From: Octopus sinensis
Taxonomy: Eukaryota
NCBI RefSeq assembly: GCF_006345805.1
Contig: NC_042999.1
Coordinates: forward strand, 60,326,001 to 60,390,000
Direction of reading: 5' to 3'
Length of the DNA: 64,000 nucleotides
A program made the position numbers and the translations under genes. Position 1 is the first letter of the stretch; every line of letters starts with the position of its first letter. Under the pieces are notes generated by a model. It did not search any database. It was not told the origin of the DNA and saw only the letters and a program-made list of their open reading frames with translations. Shown here one piece after another: positions 1 through 13,130 of this stretch.

Positions 1-318
1 ATTTTAAATAAAAAAAGAAAAGGCTTTTTATGAAAGGTAACGACAGATATATACAATTAGATGATCTGAGGTAGTAATAAAAGTCATAAAACTCATTATT
101 TTGGTATTATTGAAGAGATTCAAGCAACATACCGTGGTTTCGTCAGACTATTCATTGCTTTGAATATATATATATATATATATATAGCGTGGGTATGCAA
201 GGTGTTGGTGTACAGAAGACACAAAGAGTGGCAAGTGATATGGACAGACCGTAGTTAAACTTTTGGTTCAAATCGAGTGAGGACTTTAATGTGGGTCTTG
301 TATTAGCATGCATAGTGT

Positions 319-481
319 GGCACTCCGTCAGTTACGACGACGAGGATTCCAGTTGATCCAATCAACGGAACATCCTGCTCATGAAATTAACGTGCAAGTG
401 GCCAAGCACTTCACAGACACGTGTGCCCTTAACGTAGTTCACATGGAGATAGATTCAGCGTGACACAGAATGTGACACAGC
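319..481 (-). mobile_element. SINE 3' fragment (family D, ggaggcgc-headed octopus-type SINE)
   Basis: ggcactccgtcagttacgacgacgagg...tcaacggaacatcctgctc...cacagacacgtgtgcccttaacgtagttc...gattcagcgtgacacag is recognised from memory as the reverse complement of a common octopus SINE 3' end. Confidence 0.65.
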
Positions 482-547
482 GTGTTACAATAATGTTTCA
501 ATAATGTGAATATTATTCTGAATTGCATAAAAATTTATTAAACCATT

Positions 548-970
548 GGATCTCTTCGGTTTGAACGGCAGTTTTTTTCTAGCGGTGTCATATGAAATTG
601 TCACCTATAATTATGACCCTAGAATCGATCTATTGCATTTCAATCTCTTTTAGCATTAGGGTTAGGGTTAGGGGTGGGGGAAGGGTATCTTTTTTTCTTC
701 ACAAATGTAAATAAACTCAATCTGTTTCTTAAAGGAGGGACATATTCATACGGCGCAGAATGCTTTTTAGCTCTATAGACGTCACTGATTGGTTGAAATT
801 GCAGAAATTAAAGAAAAAAAACGACAAATATCTTACAAACTATAGAATTTTCTCAATAAAGCCAAGAGAAAAAGATGTTTTATAAACACATTCTACCAGT
901 ATACGAAGTTTAAAATTTTTTAGTTACCTAGAAATTATGTTAAAAACTGCCGTTCAAACCGAAAAGATCC
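548..970. mobile_element. MITE (non-autonomous DNA transposon) with 29-bp TIRs
   Basis: Left ggatctcttcggtttgaacggcagttttt (548-576) and right aaaaactgccgttcaaaccgaaaagatcc (942-970) are inverted repeats with 1 mismatch; no ORF; internal (TTAGGG)n at 656-674. Confidence 0.9.
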
Positions 971-1009
971 AAACTGTTCGGTGTAATGTAAAAGTATAAC
1001 CAGTTTATT

Positions 1010-1055
<46 letters not shown>

Positions 1056-1239
1056 ACGTTTATTGAGAACCACTGATCGAAAGAATGGCAAAATATAAAC
1101 AATTCCAGGAAGGTGTAACTCTTCCCGCGAAAGTGATATTTCAACGAGCGATGATGATAATGATGACGATAACGACAACAACAACAACAAGAATAACAAC
1201 GACAACAGCATTTAAAATAATAATCCTTCATTTTGCTAC

Positions 1240-1443
1240 AGGTACAAGGTCTGACGTTTTGCGGGAGAGGTTAGTTTTGGGGGATGGATTTACATCTAAC
1301 ACACCGATCCACAGGTACTTATTCTATCGAAGCCAAACGAATGGAAGGTAAGGACGACCTTAGCGGAATTTGAACTCAGACTGCAAAGACAGAAGAAATG
1401 CTGTCAAGTATTTTGTCCGACGTCCTAACGATTCTTCCAGCAG
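1240..1443 (-). mobile_element. Degenerate SINE family B
   Basis: gaccttagcggaatttgaactcaga...gaaatgctgtcaagtattttgtccgacgtcctaacgattct matches the reverse complement of the family B head and body. Confidence 0.55.
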
Positions 1444-1452
1444 CAACAGCAG

Positions 1453-1453
<1 letters not shown>

Positions 1454-1506
<53 letters not shown>

Positions 1507-1556
1507 TATTATTATTATTATTATTATTATTATCATTATTATCATTATTATTATTA
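1454..1556. repeat. (AAT)n abutting (ATT)n inverted microsatellite
   Basis: aat run switches to att run near 1505; source of the poly-Ile ORFs. Confidence 0.9.
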
Positions 1557-2231
1557 GTAGTAGTAGTAGTATACTACTGATGATTTTGAACTTTAATTAG
1601 ACAGACACAAACGAAATCAAGTATTTGCCGAACAAAAAATATATATATAAAAGAAACGATAAAGAATAATAACAACATCAACTACAACAACAAAAAAACC
1701 CCACTACATAAAACTTACTATAATCAATGGACTATGTTTAGAATAAATGGCTATAATTGAATGATTGAGAAGTTGTAAATTAACGTTTAGATTGCTCGAG
1801 ACACGTTTACATCTAATTAGAAGCATGTCACCGAAAAGTCATTTAAAGGCCAAGCCTATAATTAGAACAGATAACAATGTAACGTTTTTGGATAAGTGAA
1901 GCTGGCAATGCTTCGCCTAATTACCTCTGGTACCCGCCTAGACTTGTTTACGATAGCAAGCTAACGATGTGAATTGAACTAGAAATCCGTTGGCCTTTCT
2001 CCCTCTCTCTCCCTTTCTCTCTCTATCTTTCTTTCTTTCTCTCTCTCTCTCTCTCTCTCATCATTACGCGCATACCCTGGTGCTGCTTAGGTGTGTGGAA
2101 AAAGTGTTGCTAAGAGGTGTTTCATAGAGAAAATCACCAAAACACACACACACACACACATCACACACAGACACACTATGTATGCTGACGCATATGTATG
2201 TGTGTACTTTTATTCTTTTGTGTGTGTCTAT

Positions 2232-2306
<75 letters not shown>

Positions 2307-2588
2307 GTATGGATGTATATATATATATGTATACATATACACGTACGCACACACACACACACATACACACACATACATACACACACCACACATTCATACA
2401 CGGTTGCAAATCCTTGGAGAACGTCTGGAATATCCAAAACCTTATACCTTATACACTCGTCTCTTTCTTTTCCACTTTCGGGCACGCAGAGAGAAAGAGA
2501 GAGGGAGAGAGAGAGAGAGAAGGAGAGAGAGTGGGAGCCAGGGAGAGGAAGTGAGAGAGAAACAGAGACAAGGAGAGCGAGAGAGAGC

Positions 2589-2623
<35 letters not shown>

Positions 2624-2923
2624 GGGTGACAAAAAGAGAAAGGGTAACCAGGGATAGAAAGTGTGAGAGGTGATTGAGCATGTGTGTTCGTAGGCGAAGT
2701 ATGTGTGGGTGTGTCTGCCCTCTTCATGTGATGTTAAGTACGTGATAAAGCAATTTTGCGTTCTTCACTTTTTCTAGTACTTTGTATTAAGTCAATGAGC
2801 TTCCCATTTAATCCTTCACATATTCACTATTACATGCACGCATGCACAAATCGTTATATTTCTCTCTTTCTCTCTCTCTTTCTGTCCTTCGGTATGATAC
2901 ACTCTCATGATACCTATCTATCT

Positions 2924-3071
2924 ATCCGCCGAGTTCTACTTTGCCTTTCATCCTTTCGGGGTCGATAAATTAAGTTCTAGTAACTGGGGTCGATGTAATC
3001 GACTTAATCCATTTGTCTGTCCTTGTTTGTCCCCTCTATGTTTAGTCCCTTGTGGGTAATAAAGAAACAGA

Positions 3072-3165
<94 letters not shown>
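2924..3165 (+). mobile_element. SINE family B 3' half followed by (TATC)n
   Basis: gcctttcatcctttcggggtcgataaattaag...cttaatccatttgtctgtccttgtttgtcccctctatgtttag...aataaagaaacag, then (tatc)n. Confidence 0.8.
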
Positions 3166-3349
3166 GCTAGCTAGCTAGCTTAACCATCCACATACATACA
3201 TACATACATACATACATACATACATACATACATACATACATACATACATACAGAGAGTTTTTATATGTATGTGCATATATATACATACATACAGCAATAT
3301 AAATAATATATAAATATATGCATATATACATACATATATGTAAATACCT

Positions 3350-3445
<96 letters not shown>

Positions 3446-3456
3446 ATACATGCATA

Positions 3457-3631
3457 TATGGGTACAGGACATGAAAAAACGCTAACCACAATCAGAAAGG
3501 AAAACTTAAAAACAAAAACATACAAACGAACTTTTTTTGGAACAACGAAAAAAAAAACCCCAGAGAAACGAGACATGCAACATAAAGAATATTCCCCTAC
3601 TTCAGTTATCCCTGTTTCATCTACTCCGCAT
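3457..3631. mobile_element. Interspersed repeat terminus (family F), microsatellite-anchored
   Basis: tatgggtaca...aaacaaaaacat..aaacgaacttt..tt(g/c)gaacaacgaaa..aaa..agagaaa is shared with 63888-64000. Confidence 0.45.
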
Positions 3632-3755
3632 ATTTATATATACATACATATAAAACTTTCTGTGTATGTACGTATGTGGATGGATGGTTATATATATGTA
3701 TACCATTGTGCCTAAAACAATTAGATCTACAAATGCAATATCCCTACATATCTCA

Positions 3756-3812
<57 letters not shown>

Positions 3813-4122
3813 TGATAAAAATGGTAAGACAACAAAAAAAAATGAAAGAGACCTCGATATTATGTAAATAAAGGAATTTATTTGTAAATGAATTATGTTA
3901 AGTTAAGAATACTACTATTGATGAAATCAGAACGGAACTACATGACAATGTTCGTGTAGAGAAACAACAAATTAGAACATGTTCTGTGAGAAACACCACT
4001 TGCAGTGAACAGTTTGTGAAAATTCACAATCTTCCCCTTCTTTAAGTTATGGTCGTTCAACAAACATTTCCGGAAATATAACGAAGACTTCTTCATTAGA
4101 AAGTACAAACCACCACTGAACA

Positions 4123-4534
4123 CGCAGGAGTGGCTGTGTGATAAGTAGCTTGCTTACTAACCACATGGTTCCAGGTTCAGTCCCACTGCGTGGCACCTTG
4201 GGCAAGTGTCTTCTACTATAACCTCGGGCCGACCAAAGCCATGTGGGTGGATTTAGTAGACGGAAACTGAAAGAAGACCGTCGTATATATGTATGTATAT
4301 ATATATATACGTATGTGTGTGTATATGTTTGTGTATCTGTATTTGCCCCCCCTCCCACAACGTCGCTTGACAACCGATGCTGGTGTGTTTACGTCCCCGT
4401 AACTTAGCGGTTCGGCAAAAGAGACCGATAGAATAAATACTAGACTTACGAAGAATAAGTCCTGGGGTCGATTTGCTCGACTAAAGGCAGTACACCAGCA
4501 TGGCCGCAGTCAAATGACTGAAACAAGTAAAAGA

Positions 4535-4543
<9 letters not shown>
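4123..4543 (+). mobile_element. SINE family A (tRNA-like head, CORE-like accttgggcaagt segment, internal TA/TG microsatellite)
   Basis: gcaggagtggctgtgtgataagtag (A-box), ggttcagtccc (B-box), ends aaacaagtaaaagagtaaaagag; many copies in the window. Confidence 0.9.
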
Positions 4544-4573
<30 letters not shown>

Positions 4574-5280
4574 GAAGAAAATGACAGGGCAGCTTATTAA
4601 CTCTAACATGACCTTTGTAAGATCGAATTAGAAACTAAATACTAGTGTTAAGTTAAGGTTGGGGGTATTCAAGCACGTTATGCAAAGTTCATGAAAATAT
4701 TTAACGAGTAAATTGTACTTACAAATATGATTTGCTAAGGTTAGTTGGTTTAGCACCGCGTCTAACCTAGTTAAATAGAACCTACAATCAAACGTATTGC
4801 TTCCATAAATATCCCATTCCTTTGGGTGTGTTTATCAACAAATCATCTAGTACAATCCTAAATACACTAAGATGGAAGGTCTTTATTGTAGGATAATTGC
4901 CTGATGTTTGGAACGGTCGAGGAACACGTTAGAAATATCTGCATTGGCAAATTCTGGCATAGTTATTTCTTTCGCCGAATGCTAGTAATAATGGCGTTTC
5001 ATGATGTGTCAGGTAATGCGCGGAAAGTATGTGCACGAAACATAAAGAGCCATAACAGATAACGCAAAGTATTTTGTCCAACACTCTAACGATTTTGTCA
5101 ACCCATCAACTTATATATAAAATTTAGAGATAGAAAAGTGTCCAAGTTGATATCCGTAGAAGAGAAGAAGCGATAAATTAAATGTTAAGGCTTGATGCCA
5201 AAGAAACCTAATAAGCTGTGAATTCTTTGTCAAGATATCTGCCTATATTTTCTGTCGCTATTCAGCTTTCAGGAGATATA

Positions 5281-5495
5281 CTTTTATTCTTATATTCTTT
5301 TACTTGTTTCAATCATTTGAGTGCGACCATGCTGGAACGCTGCCTTTAGTCGAACGAATTGACCCTAGAACTTATTCTTTGTAAGCCTAATACTTATTAT
5401 ATCAGTCTCTTTTGCCGAACCACTAATTTACTGGGACGTAAATACACCAACATCGGTTGTCAGGCGATAGTGGTGGGGGGAATACAGACACACAA
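5281..5495 (-). mobile_element. SINE family A 3' half
   Basis: ttttacttgtttcaatcatttgagtgcgaccatgctgg...cttattctttgtaagcc...tctcttttgccgaac. Confidence 0.75.
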
Positions 5496-6250
5496 GTACA
5501 TGCATATGCAAGGTGCGGACGGTATTTGAGGACAGATTTGTGGTTAAAAAATACGTTTATATAATAACAGAAAAAGACTGTATTTTTATATAAATTACAT
5601 ATCAGCGTGTTACAAGTGTGCATGCAAGTATATCAGGACTATGATGGTGTGTTGCTGAAAGTTTAGTCTCTTACCTAGTACAATTACACGTAGGAATTCT
5701 AGAAGAGCAGTGCTTCTCAAGATGGAAACGGTAGCGAGAGTGGATTTCGTACAAATATATAAGAATATAAACTGACATTCAAAGAAAAAAACGATGTGTT
5801 GCTCGGAAGGGTTATTAGTGCACTCTCTCAGTCGTTGTCATCACATGGGAGAATTAGACGAGTCGAGGAATGTCTGGCCGTGTGCAGGTAGTCTTTTGCG
5901 TGCTCGGAAGGCTCTGCCGCAGGTCACTGGGCAAGGCGACCTTGCACGTACGTTTGCCCCAGGTATCGAGGTTGATCTCAAAACTATTCAGTGTGGCTTT
6001 GAGTGTGTCTGGAAATCAAAGTCCGAAACGTCAAAAAGTTTTCCATTCTTCCCGAGCATCAAATTAATACACCTGTCTGTTGTTCCTTCACCTCTCTTAG
6101 TCTTTTGTTTTCTGTAAATTTGAATTATATATATATATATATATGTGTTTGTGTGTGAGTGTGTTTGTGTGTATATATATATATATATATGCAAGTACAT
6201 ACATATATATACATATGTATATATACGTACATATATGCACACACACATGC

Positions 6251-6297
<47 letters not shown>

Positions 6298-6535
6298 ATA
6301 TACCCGTGTGTATGCGTGTGTGTGCGTACGTGTGTGTGCATGGTGTGTATGTGTGTGTACATGTGTATATATGTAAACAATGCGATCGGCATGAACGTCT
6401 TTATGTCAAGAATGTAATTCCATATATATTTAGCCATGTATGTATGTATGTATGTATATAAATGTACACATACCTTCATACATTCATACATATATTCATG
6501 CATACATACATACATAAATACATATTTCTGTATAC

Positions 6536-6576
<41 letters not shown>

Positions 6577-6714
6577 TTCAGAACTGTAAGCATGACTACA
6601 TGTATTTATATGTGTTTGTATATATAAATTTGTATATATGCATGTATGTATAAAAATTTAAACATACCTTCATACATATATAAATGCATACACACATACA
6701 TATTTCTGCACATA

Positions 6715-6782
<68 letters not shown>

Positions 6783-7019
6783 TACACACACAGAGCTGTA
6801 AGCATGAATACATGTATTTATTTGGGTTTGTGTGTACATGTGTGTGTGTGTGTGCTTGAGTGTGTTTGTTTATCTGTGTGTCTTTGTGTGTGTATGTGTG
6901 CGTGCTTGCGAGTGCTGTAACTATATTCTTTTGTGTTCCTGGATTAGCAAAGAGAGCGAAGTAAAAGTATACTACACTGTGCTGTAGCAAATACCGGATT
7001 CTCCATTTTATATAGAAAC

Positions 7020-7056
<37 letters not shown>

Positions 7057-7714
7057 CTTTTGAAAGTCTGTGAAAAACTCCTAAAATGCAATAACCGATC
7101 AAGCCACATGGGAATTGACGCAAAGGAAGATTATATCTTCTTTTACTGAATCAATCTTCTTGAGGATTACTGCTAAATTGGTTATTTTGCACATATATCT
7201 AGGGCATAAGGTTATAGCTATAAAGAAAGTAATTTAAATAGTATAAGAGCTTTGTGCAAAGTTTCATTGAGGCCAGTCTTATTACTGCATATATTTATAT
7301 AAAGGGAAAGTGTTTGGCAAATACATAAATAACAAAAAAATTGCATAGATAAACAAATGAGCGCGTGCGTGTTGTTTCGGTGAGAAAGATCGTAAAAAGG
7401 ACGCGTTTATATCTCAATATATATGCATTTAACTTTCTTTCGTATTTATCTCTTTTGCCTTCTTTATTGTTCTTTCTTTCTATATTTCTTTCTCCTTAGT
7501 TATCTGTTTGTTTGATTCTTTGTCTTCGCTCTATTATTGTTTGCCTCAGTGTGTGTATATTGCGCGCGCGTATGTGTGTGGGAGAGAGAGAGAGAGAAAG
7601 AAAGAGAGAAAGAGATAAGGTGATCTTTAGTGTGTGCGCATGTGCTTAGCATGTGGGTGTGTGTGGGTGTATGTGTAAGTATATAAATATATATATATAT
7701 ATTAATATATATTA

Positions 7715-7769
<55 letters not shown>

Positions 7770-7879
7770 AATATAAATAAATAAATATATTATATATATA
7801 TGTGTATATATATTATATATATATATTATATATATATACATATATATATACATACATAAATATATATATATATATATTA

Positions 7880-7927
<48 letters not shown>

Positions 7928-8744
7928 GTATATATATAAATATAAATAAATAAATATATTATATATATATGTGTATATATAATATAATATATATATATAT
8001 ATATATACATATATATATACATACATAAATATATATATATATACATATATATAGAGAGAGAGAGAGTGAGAGGGAGCGATAATATATGTATATAATACAT
8101 GTATTATATTCGTATGCATTTCTATGTGTGTGTATGTGTACACATGTATGTGTGCAGGTGAATGTCTCAATGAATTATATATATATTATATATATATATA
8201 TATATATTTGTATAGTAACATAAGTGCTACGCGCAGCAGAATTTCACCATTATTTACGTTCATGTAAGAGTAGACCTTTATGCTTGTCTAATTTTGCTGG
8301 GAATCTCATATGATATAGAATTCAAAGATTGCTTTTCTCATGTTGTTTTTTTCTAAGCCATGGCTAAAGAGATTGTTAAGGAGTTATCGTTGCAAGTATA
8401 ATCTTTTGGTTTCGATCCATCTGCACATCATCTTGACCAAGTGAGCTCTGTTTTTGGTGGTGTTTGCCAATGGTACACCAGTTTAATGACCCTCCAATGA
8501 TGAGAGGCAAAATCGCCCCGCGCTGAATTCGAACTCAGAACGACAAATTGCACAAATGCATACTACGTAGCGTGTTGTTTGCCGCTCTACCGATTCTGTT
8601 TATACATCACCCACTTGTATTCTACAAAATTGACTTACAACATAGGCACAAGTTACAGATTTTAGGGGAGCTAATTAATCAAGGGTAATGATTTCATTAT
8701 CTAAATTAGGACATAATTTATTTAACGTGGAGAACGATACTGGT

Positions 8745-8975
8745 GGAGGCGTGTGGCTGAATGGACTCACGGTCATAAGATTTCGGTTTCGTTTCCTGAA
8801 TTGGGTGACACTTTGTTTTTGAGCAAAACACTTAATTTTCCGTTGCTCCCGTCCACTCAGCTGACAAAAATGAGTAATTCTGCGACGGACCGGCACCCCG
8901 TCCAGGTGGGGAATACATACGCCATGAAAACCGAGAAACCGGCCCTTACGAGTCGACATGAATCGAGAAGGTAAC
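8745..8975 (+). mobile_element. tRNA-headed SINE with V-SINE-like segment
   Basis: ggaggcgtgtggctgaatgg head; gtccactcagctgacaaaaatgagt; tgcgacggaccggcaccccgtccagg (V-domain-like); same 3' part at 61380-61470. Confidence 0.65.
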
Positions 8976-10594
8976 TTAACCCACCTTTTTTTTTTTTACC
9001 TGATATTTAGAGGTCCACAACTGTCCAACTGCTTACTTAAAGAAATCAGAAGTACAAAATGAACCTCTACTGAACCATTAAAAAGATAAAATTAGATAAA
9101 CGCCCAACGACTATATCGGACCAGCCAAGCATTCAAGGATATACTCAGGGAAGATCAGCTGTTACAAATTCATTCGTCGACCAAGTACCTGCCGTAAAGC
9201 GACTACAAAACCGATAGAAAATTAAGGCTGTGAACCAATATGGTCGCAATTCTACGACTAAAACCATTAAAAGAATAAAGGAATAAAAGAATGATATACC
9301 ACAAAGTTTGGTTCGCTAATTTCTTGATTTTGTCAGCCATTGCTCTGCTATATCTACAGTGGTGCTACTTCCATTTTTGCAAATGGTAATAATTTGTAAG
9401 ACGCGCTTAGATTGAATTTGCCACTAATACAAAGATGAGGAAAACAAGTCGCCCCAGGCAATATCTGAATTATATACAGATATATTTATGTAGGCGTATA
9501 TAAAAATATGTGACGTGCACATAGGTGTGTGCCTACAATTATAAACTGATAAACAATATGTAATCTTGAATATAAGATGTTCGTAGCAGCTTTAGAAATT
9601 GTTCAACACATCATGTATAATAGAGAAACGTTACTGACATATTAACATGAATAATGACATTTACTGAAAAGTTTTAATCATAAAAATAAGGAAAAAAAAT
9701 AATAATACGTTTTTATGTTATAAGTGAGTTTTGTTATTTTTTTCGTTAGTTCATTTTTGCCGCAGAATGTGTAAACCATTTATAAGAACTCACCTAAATT
9801 TAATTATATGATTTTTGCATATTCTATTTGCACATTTAAACATGTCAATATTGATGAAAAAAGTATTTGTAAATACAGACAAAAATGGACATTTCAAACA
9901 GGAAAATACGATAAAATAGAAATAAATTAATAAAAGACGTTGAAACGAACAAAACATGAAACAATCGTGATGAGTTTCTTAATTCTGTGGAATTTTCAAT
10001 AATTAAGTGTAAGTGTAAATATTGCAAATAATTCACTGCTATTCTTTCGTTGTTAAACTGGTATTAGGCATTAGGTTACGACCATGCTGTAGCACCACCT
10101 TCAAGCGTTTTGGTCGATTTTATTGACGCCATTATTTTAGTCTGGTAAATATTTTATCGACGTCTGTTTATCGAATAGATGACTTCACATAAAGTATGCA
10201 ACTCGACATACCATTTCCGCAGTGTCTATTTCGTTCAATATTCGTCTACAGACAATCACACACGCGCGCACCCATACTCACAGTAACTCACAATATCTTA
10301 TGATATATGTTTCTGCTCTCCGCGGTTTCATTTCAAATCAGGACGCGGTCAACATTTCCTTTTATCCTCGCTAGATCGATAAATAGGGTAACAGACCAGT
10401 GGCCACTTCATGTTTAACTTCTCTTTGCCTTTCTCTACATTTATGTTTCTATCCCCACCCTCTCTCTCTCTTTCTCTCTCTCTCTCTCTGCATATAATTA
10501 GAAAGACCATTTTCCGCATATTTTTCCCTCGTCAATACAGCGTGAGGATTGGTGTTGTGCGTGTCCGTCTTATACTCAGGCACTTGCACGTGAA

Positions 10595-10846
10595 CTCTTT
10601 ACCCTTTACTCTTTTACTTGTTTCAGTCATTTGACTGCGGCCATGCTGGAACACCACTTTTAGTCGAGGAAATAGACCCCAGGCCTTATTCTTTGTAAGC
10701 CAAGTACTGATTCAATCGGTCTTTCTTGCCAAACTGCTAAGTTACGGGGACGTAAACACACCAGCATCGGTTGTCAAGCGATGTTGGGGGGACACACACA
10801 GACACACAAACACACAGACAGACATACAGACAGACAGACAGACAGA

Positions 10847-10893
<47 letters not shown>

Positions 10894-11056
10894 CGACGGG
10901 TTTCTTTCAGTTTCCGTCTACCAAATCTATTCACAAGGCTTTGGTCGGCCCGAGGCTATATTAGAAGACACTTGCTCAAGGTGCCACGCTGTGGGACTGA
11001 ACCCGGAACCATGGTGTTGTTAAGCAAGCTACTTACCACACAACCGCTCCTGCACC
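10595..11056 (-). mobile_element. SINE family A, full length
   Basis: Reverse complement of the 4123-4543 family from tail (ctcttttacttgtttcagtc) to head (ccacacaaccgctcctgcacc). Confidence 0.9.
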
Positions 11057-11270
11057 TATGTTTACTAATAGGAATTTACTTGGACAAACAAGTGACAGAT
11101 CCTTGTCAAATTTGACGGAGGATATATTAGACATAATGTACACAAGCTAACATACACATACAGATATATAAACACACACATGCGGGTAGCATTTGGGGTT
11201 TTTTCTGCTCAAATGGGTTTTCAACTCAATATTTACTTGCTGTTATCTATAGATTTATGTGTGCTTTTAA

Positions 11271-11484
11271 GGCAGTGAGCTGGCAGAAACGTTAGCACGC
11301 CGGGCGAAATGCGTAGCCATATTTCGTCTGTCGTTACGTTCTGAGTTCAAATTCCGCCGAGGTCCACTTTGCCTTTCATTCTTTCGGTGTCGATAAATTA
11401 AGTGCCAGTTACTCACTGGGGTCGATGTAATCGGCTTAATCCGTTTGTCTGTCCTTGTTTGTCCCTTGTGGGTAGTAAAGAAAT
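11271..11484 (+). mobile_element. SINE family B, full length
   Basis: ggcagtgagctggcagaaacgttagcacgccgggcgaaatgc head, gagttcaaattcc B-box, gcctttcattctttcggtgtcgataaa body, tail gtaaagaaat. Confidence 0.9.
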
Positions 11485-12639
11485 CCAGAAATTAGCATGC
11501 TCTATGGTCCAACACATTTTCCAACTTATTTCAAACAAAGGCTCATATATCCCTTACTAATCAGCTCACCTATAATTTTTGAACGTTCTTTACGTATTTA
11601 TTCCTATTTCTTCCATATTCATGACTGTATGAGTTCATTTCAGTATGTACATCGAACACTTAAGTTGGTTCTTTCTTGTTTACATGAGTTTTAAATTTGA
11701 AACAGCGAAAATGTAGGTAAGTATGTGAAATAGCCGTAGTTTCTGAGTTGTTTTATGGAACCTCACTTTCTTTACGCACCAAGCGCATATAAGAGTAGCC
11801 ATTATTCTGTGAAAAGTTCGTAGTTTTTAAATTAAATAAAAAAGATGTTACGTCGTTAATAATTTGAAACGCAATGTATATATGTATATACATATATATT
11901 TGTGTGTGTGTGTGTAAGAGTGTGTGTGAGTCTGTGTGTATGTATATATACACACATTTGATAGGATTTTGGTGAAATTCCGTCGACCCAATCCACACAC
12001 GAGCCTTCGATCCACCCAAGGTTATACTACTAAGCACTTGATCAACGTGTCACGCATACATTATATATTTGTGCATCTACGTAGGTGCGAGCAGGTACGT
12101 GTGTGTTTGTAAATATGTGTACTACACATATACAATATATCATGTGAAGACAGTTTGATGTATGACGGAAATTGTTGGGTTTAGAGCTTCACGTATAGTA
12201 TTATGATCCAATCTGTTTCCAGTATAGTGGTAGATTTACGACTATACTTAAGCACATAAACATACGTATTAAGCGATGATTAAAAAGAAAGCTAGATTCA
12301 TTTAGACGTAATATATTTGCGTACATTTACATGTGTAAAATCTTTCGCTACAGTAACTTAATCAGAAAAAAGAAAGAAAACTTTTTTATAGACAATAAAT
12401 ATGGAAACAAACAGATCTGGGTTTGGGTTGTACATGATATTACCGGAGTGTAGGACACATGTTTCTGCGTTGTAACGCGCTCTCGTTGCTTAGAGTACCT
12501 TTAATTACATAATACCAATTTGGTAAATATTTATACACATCTGTAAATCATTTCCTTGTTGCTTACGATCTATCGGTGTCAGTAACTGTTTGTGTGTACA
12601 ATAAAGAAGGTCTACGATCTTGCGTTGGGTATTTGTTTT

Positions 12640-12935
12640 GGCACAGTCTCTTCTACTATAGCCTTGGGCCGACCAAAGCCTTGTGAGTGGATTTGGTAGA
12701 CGGAAACTGAAAGAAGTCCGTCGTATATATTTATATGTATATATATATGTGTGTGTGTGTTTGTGTGTCTATGACCCCCCCCCCCAACATGTGTCTACAT
12801 CCTCGTAACTTAGCAGTTCAACAAAAGAGACCGATAGAATAAGTACTAGGCTTACAAAGAATAATGGCGTTGATTTGCTCGATTAAAAGGCGGTGCTCCA
12901 GCATGGCCGCAGACAAATGACTGAAACAAATAAAA
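12640..12935 (+). mobile_element. SINE family A, 5'-truncated
   Basis: tcttctactatagccttgggccgaccaaagcc...gcatggccgcagacaaatgactgaaacaaa. Confidence 0.85.
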
Positions 12936-13130
12936 AAAAGAGTAATCTTGCACCTAACACTTCATTATTCATTACATCTTCTCTTTTTAAAAAGTGGCAT
13001 GGTGTAATTTGCGATGGATCTGGTTGTTACTCCAAGCAAGTTGCGACCACGTAGAGGCTCTAAAGCCGGATTGAGTAATATAAGCTAATTCGTATATATG
13101 TATTGCTAATTATAACGAAGCTTCGTGCAT

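Noticed and set aside
1577-1583. CTGATGA hammerhead core match
   Set aside because: No helix II, GAAA or helix I arrangement around it
4123-4200. tRNA-like A/B boxes here and at other SINE heads
   Set aside because: They run into SINE bodies and lack a full cloverleaf, so they are not tRNA genes
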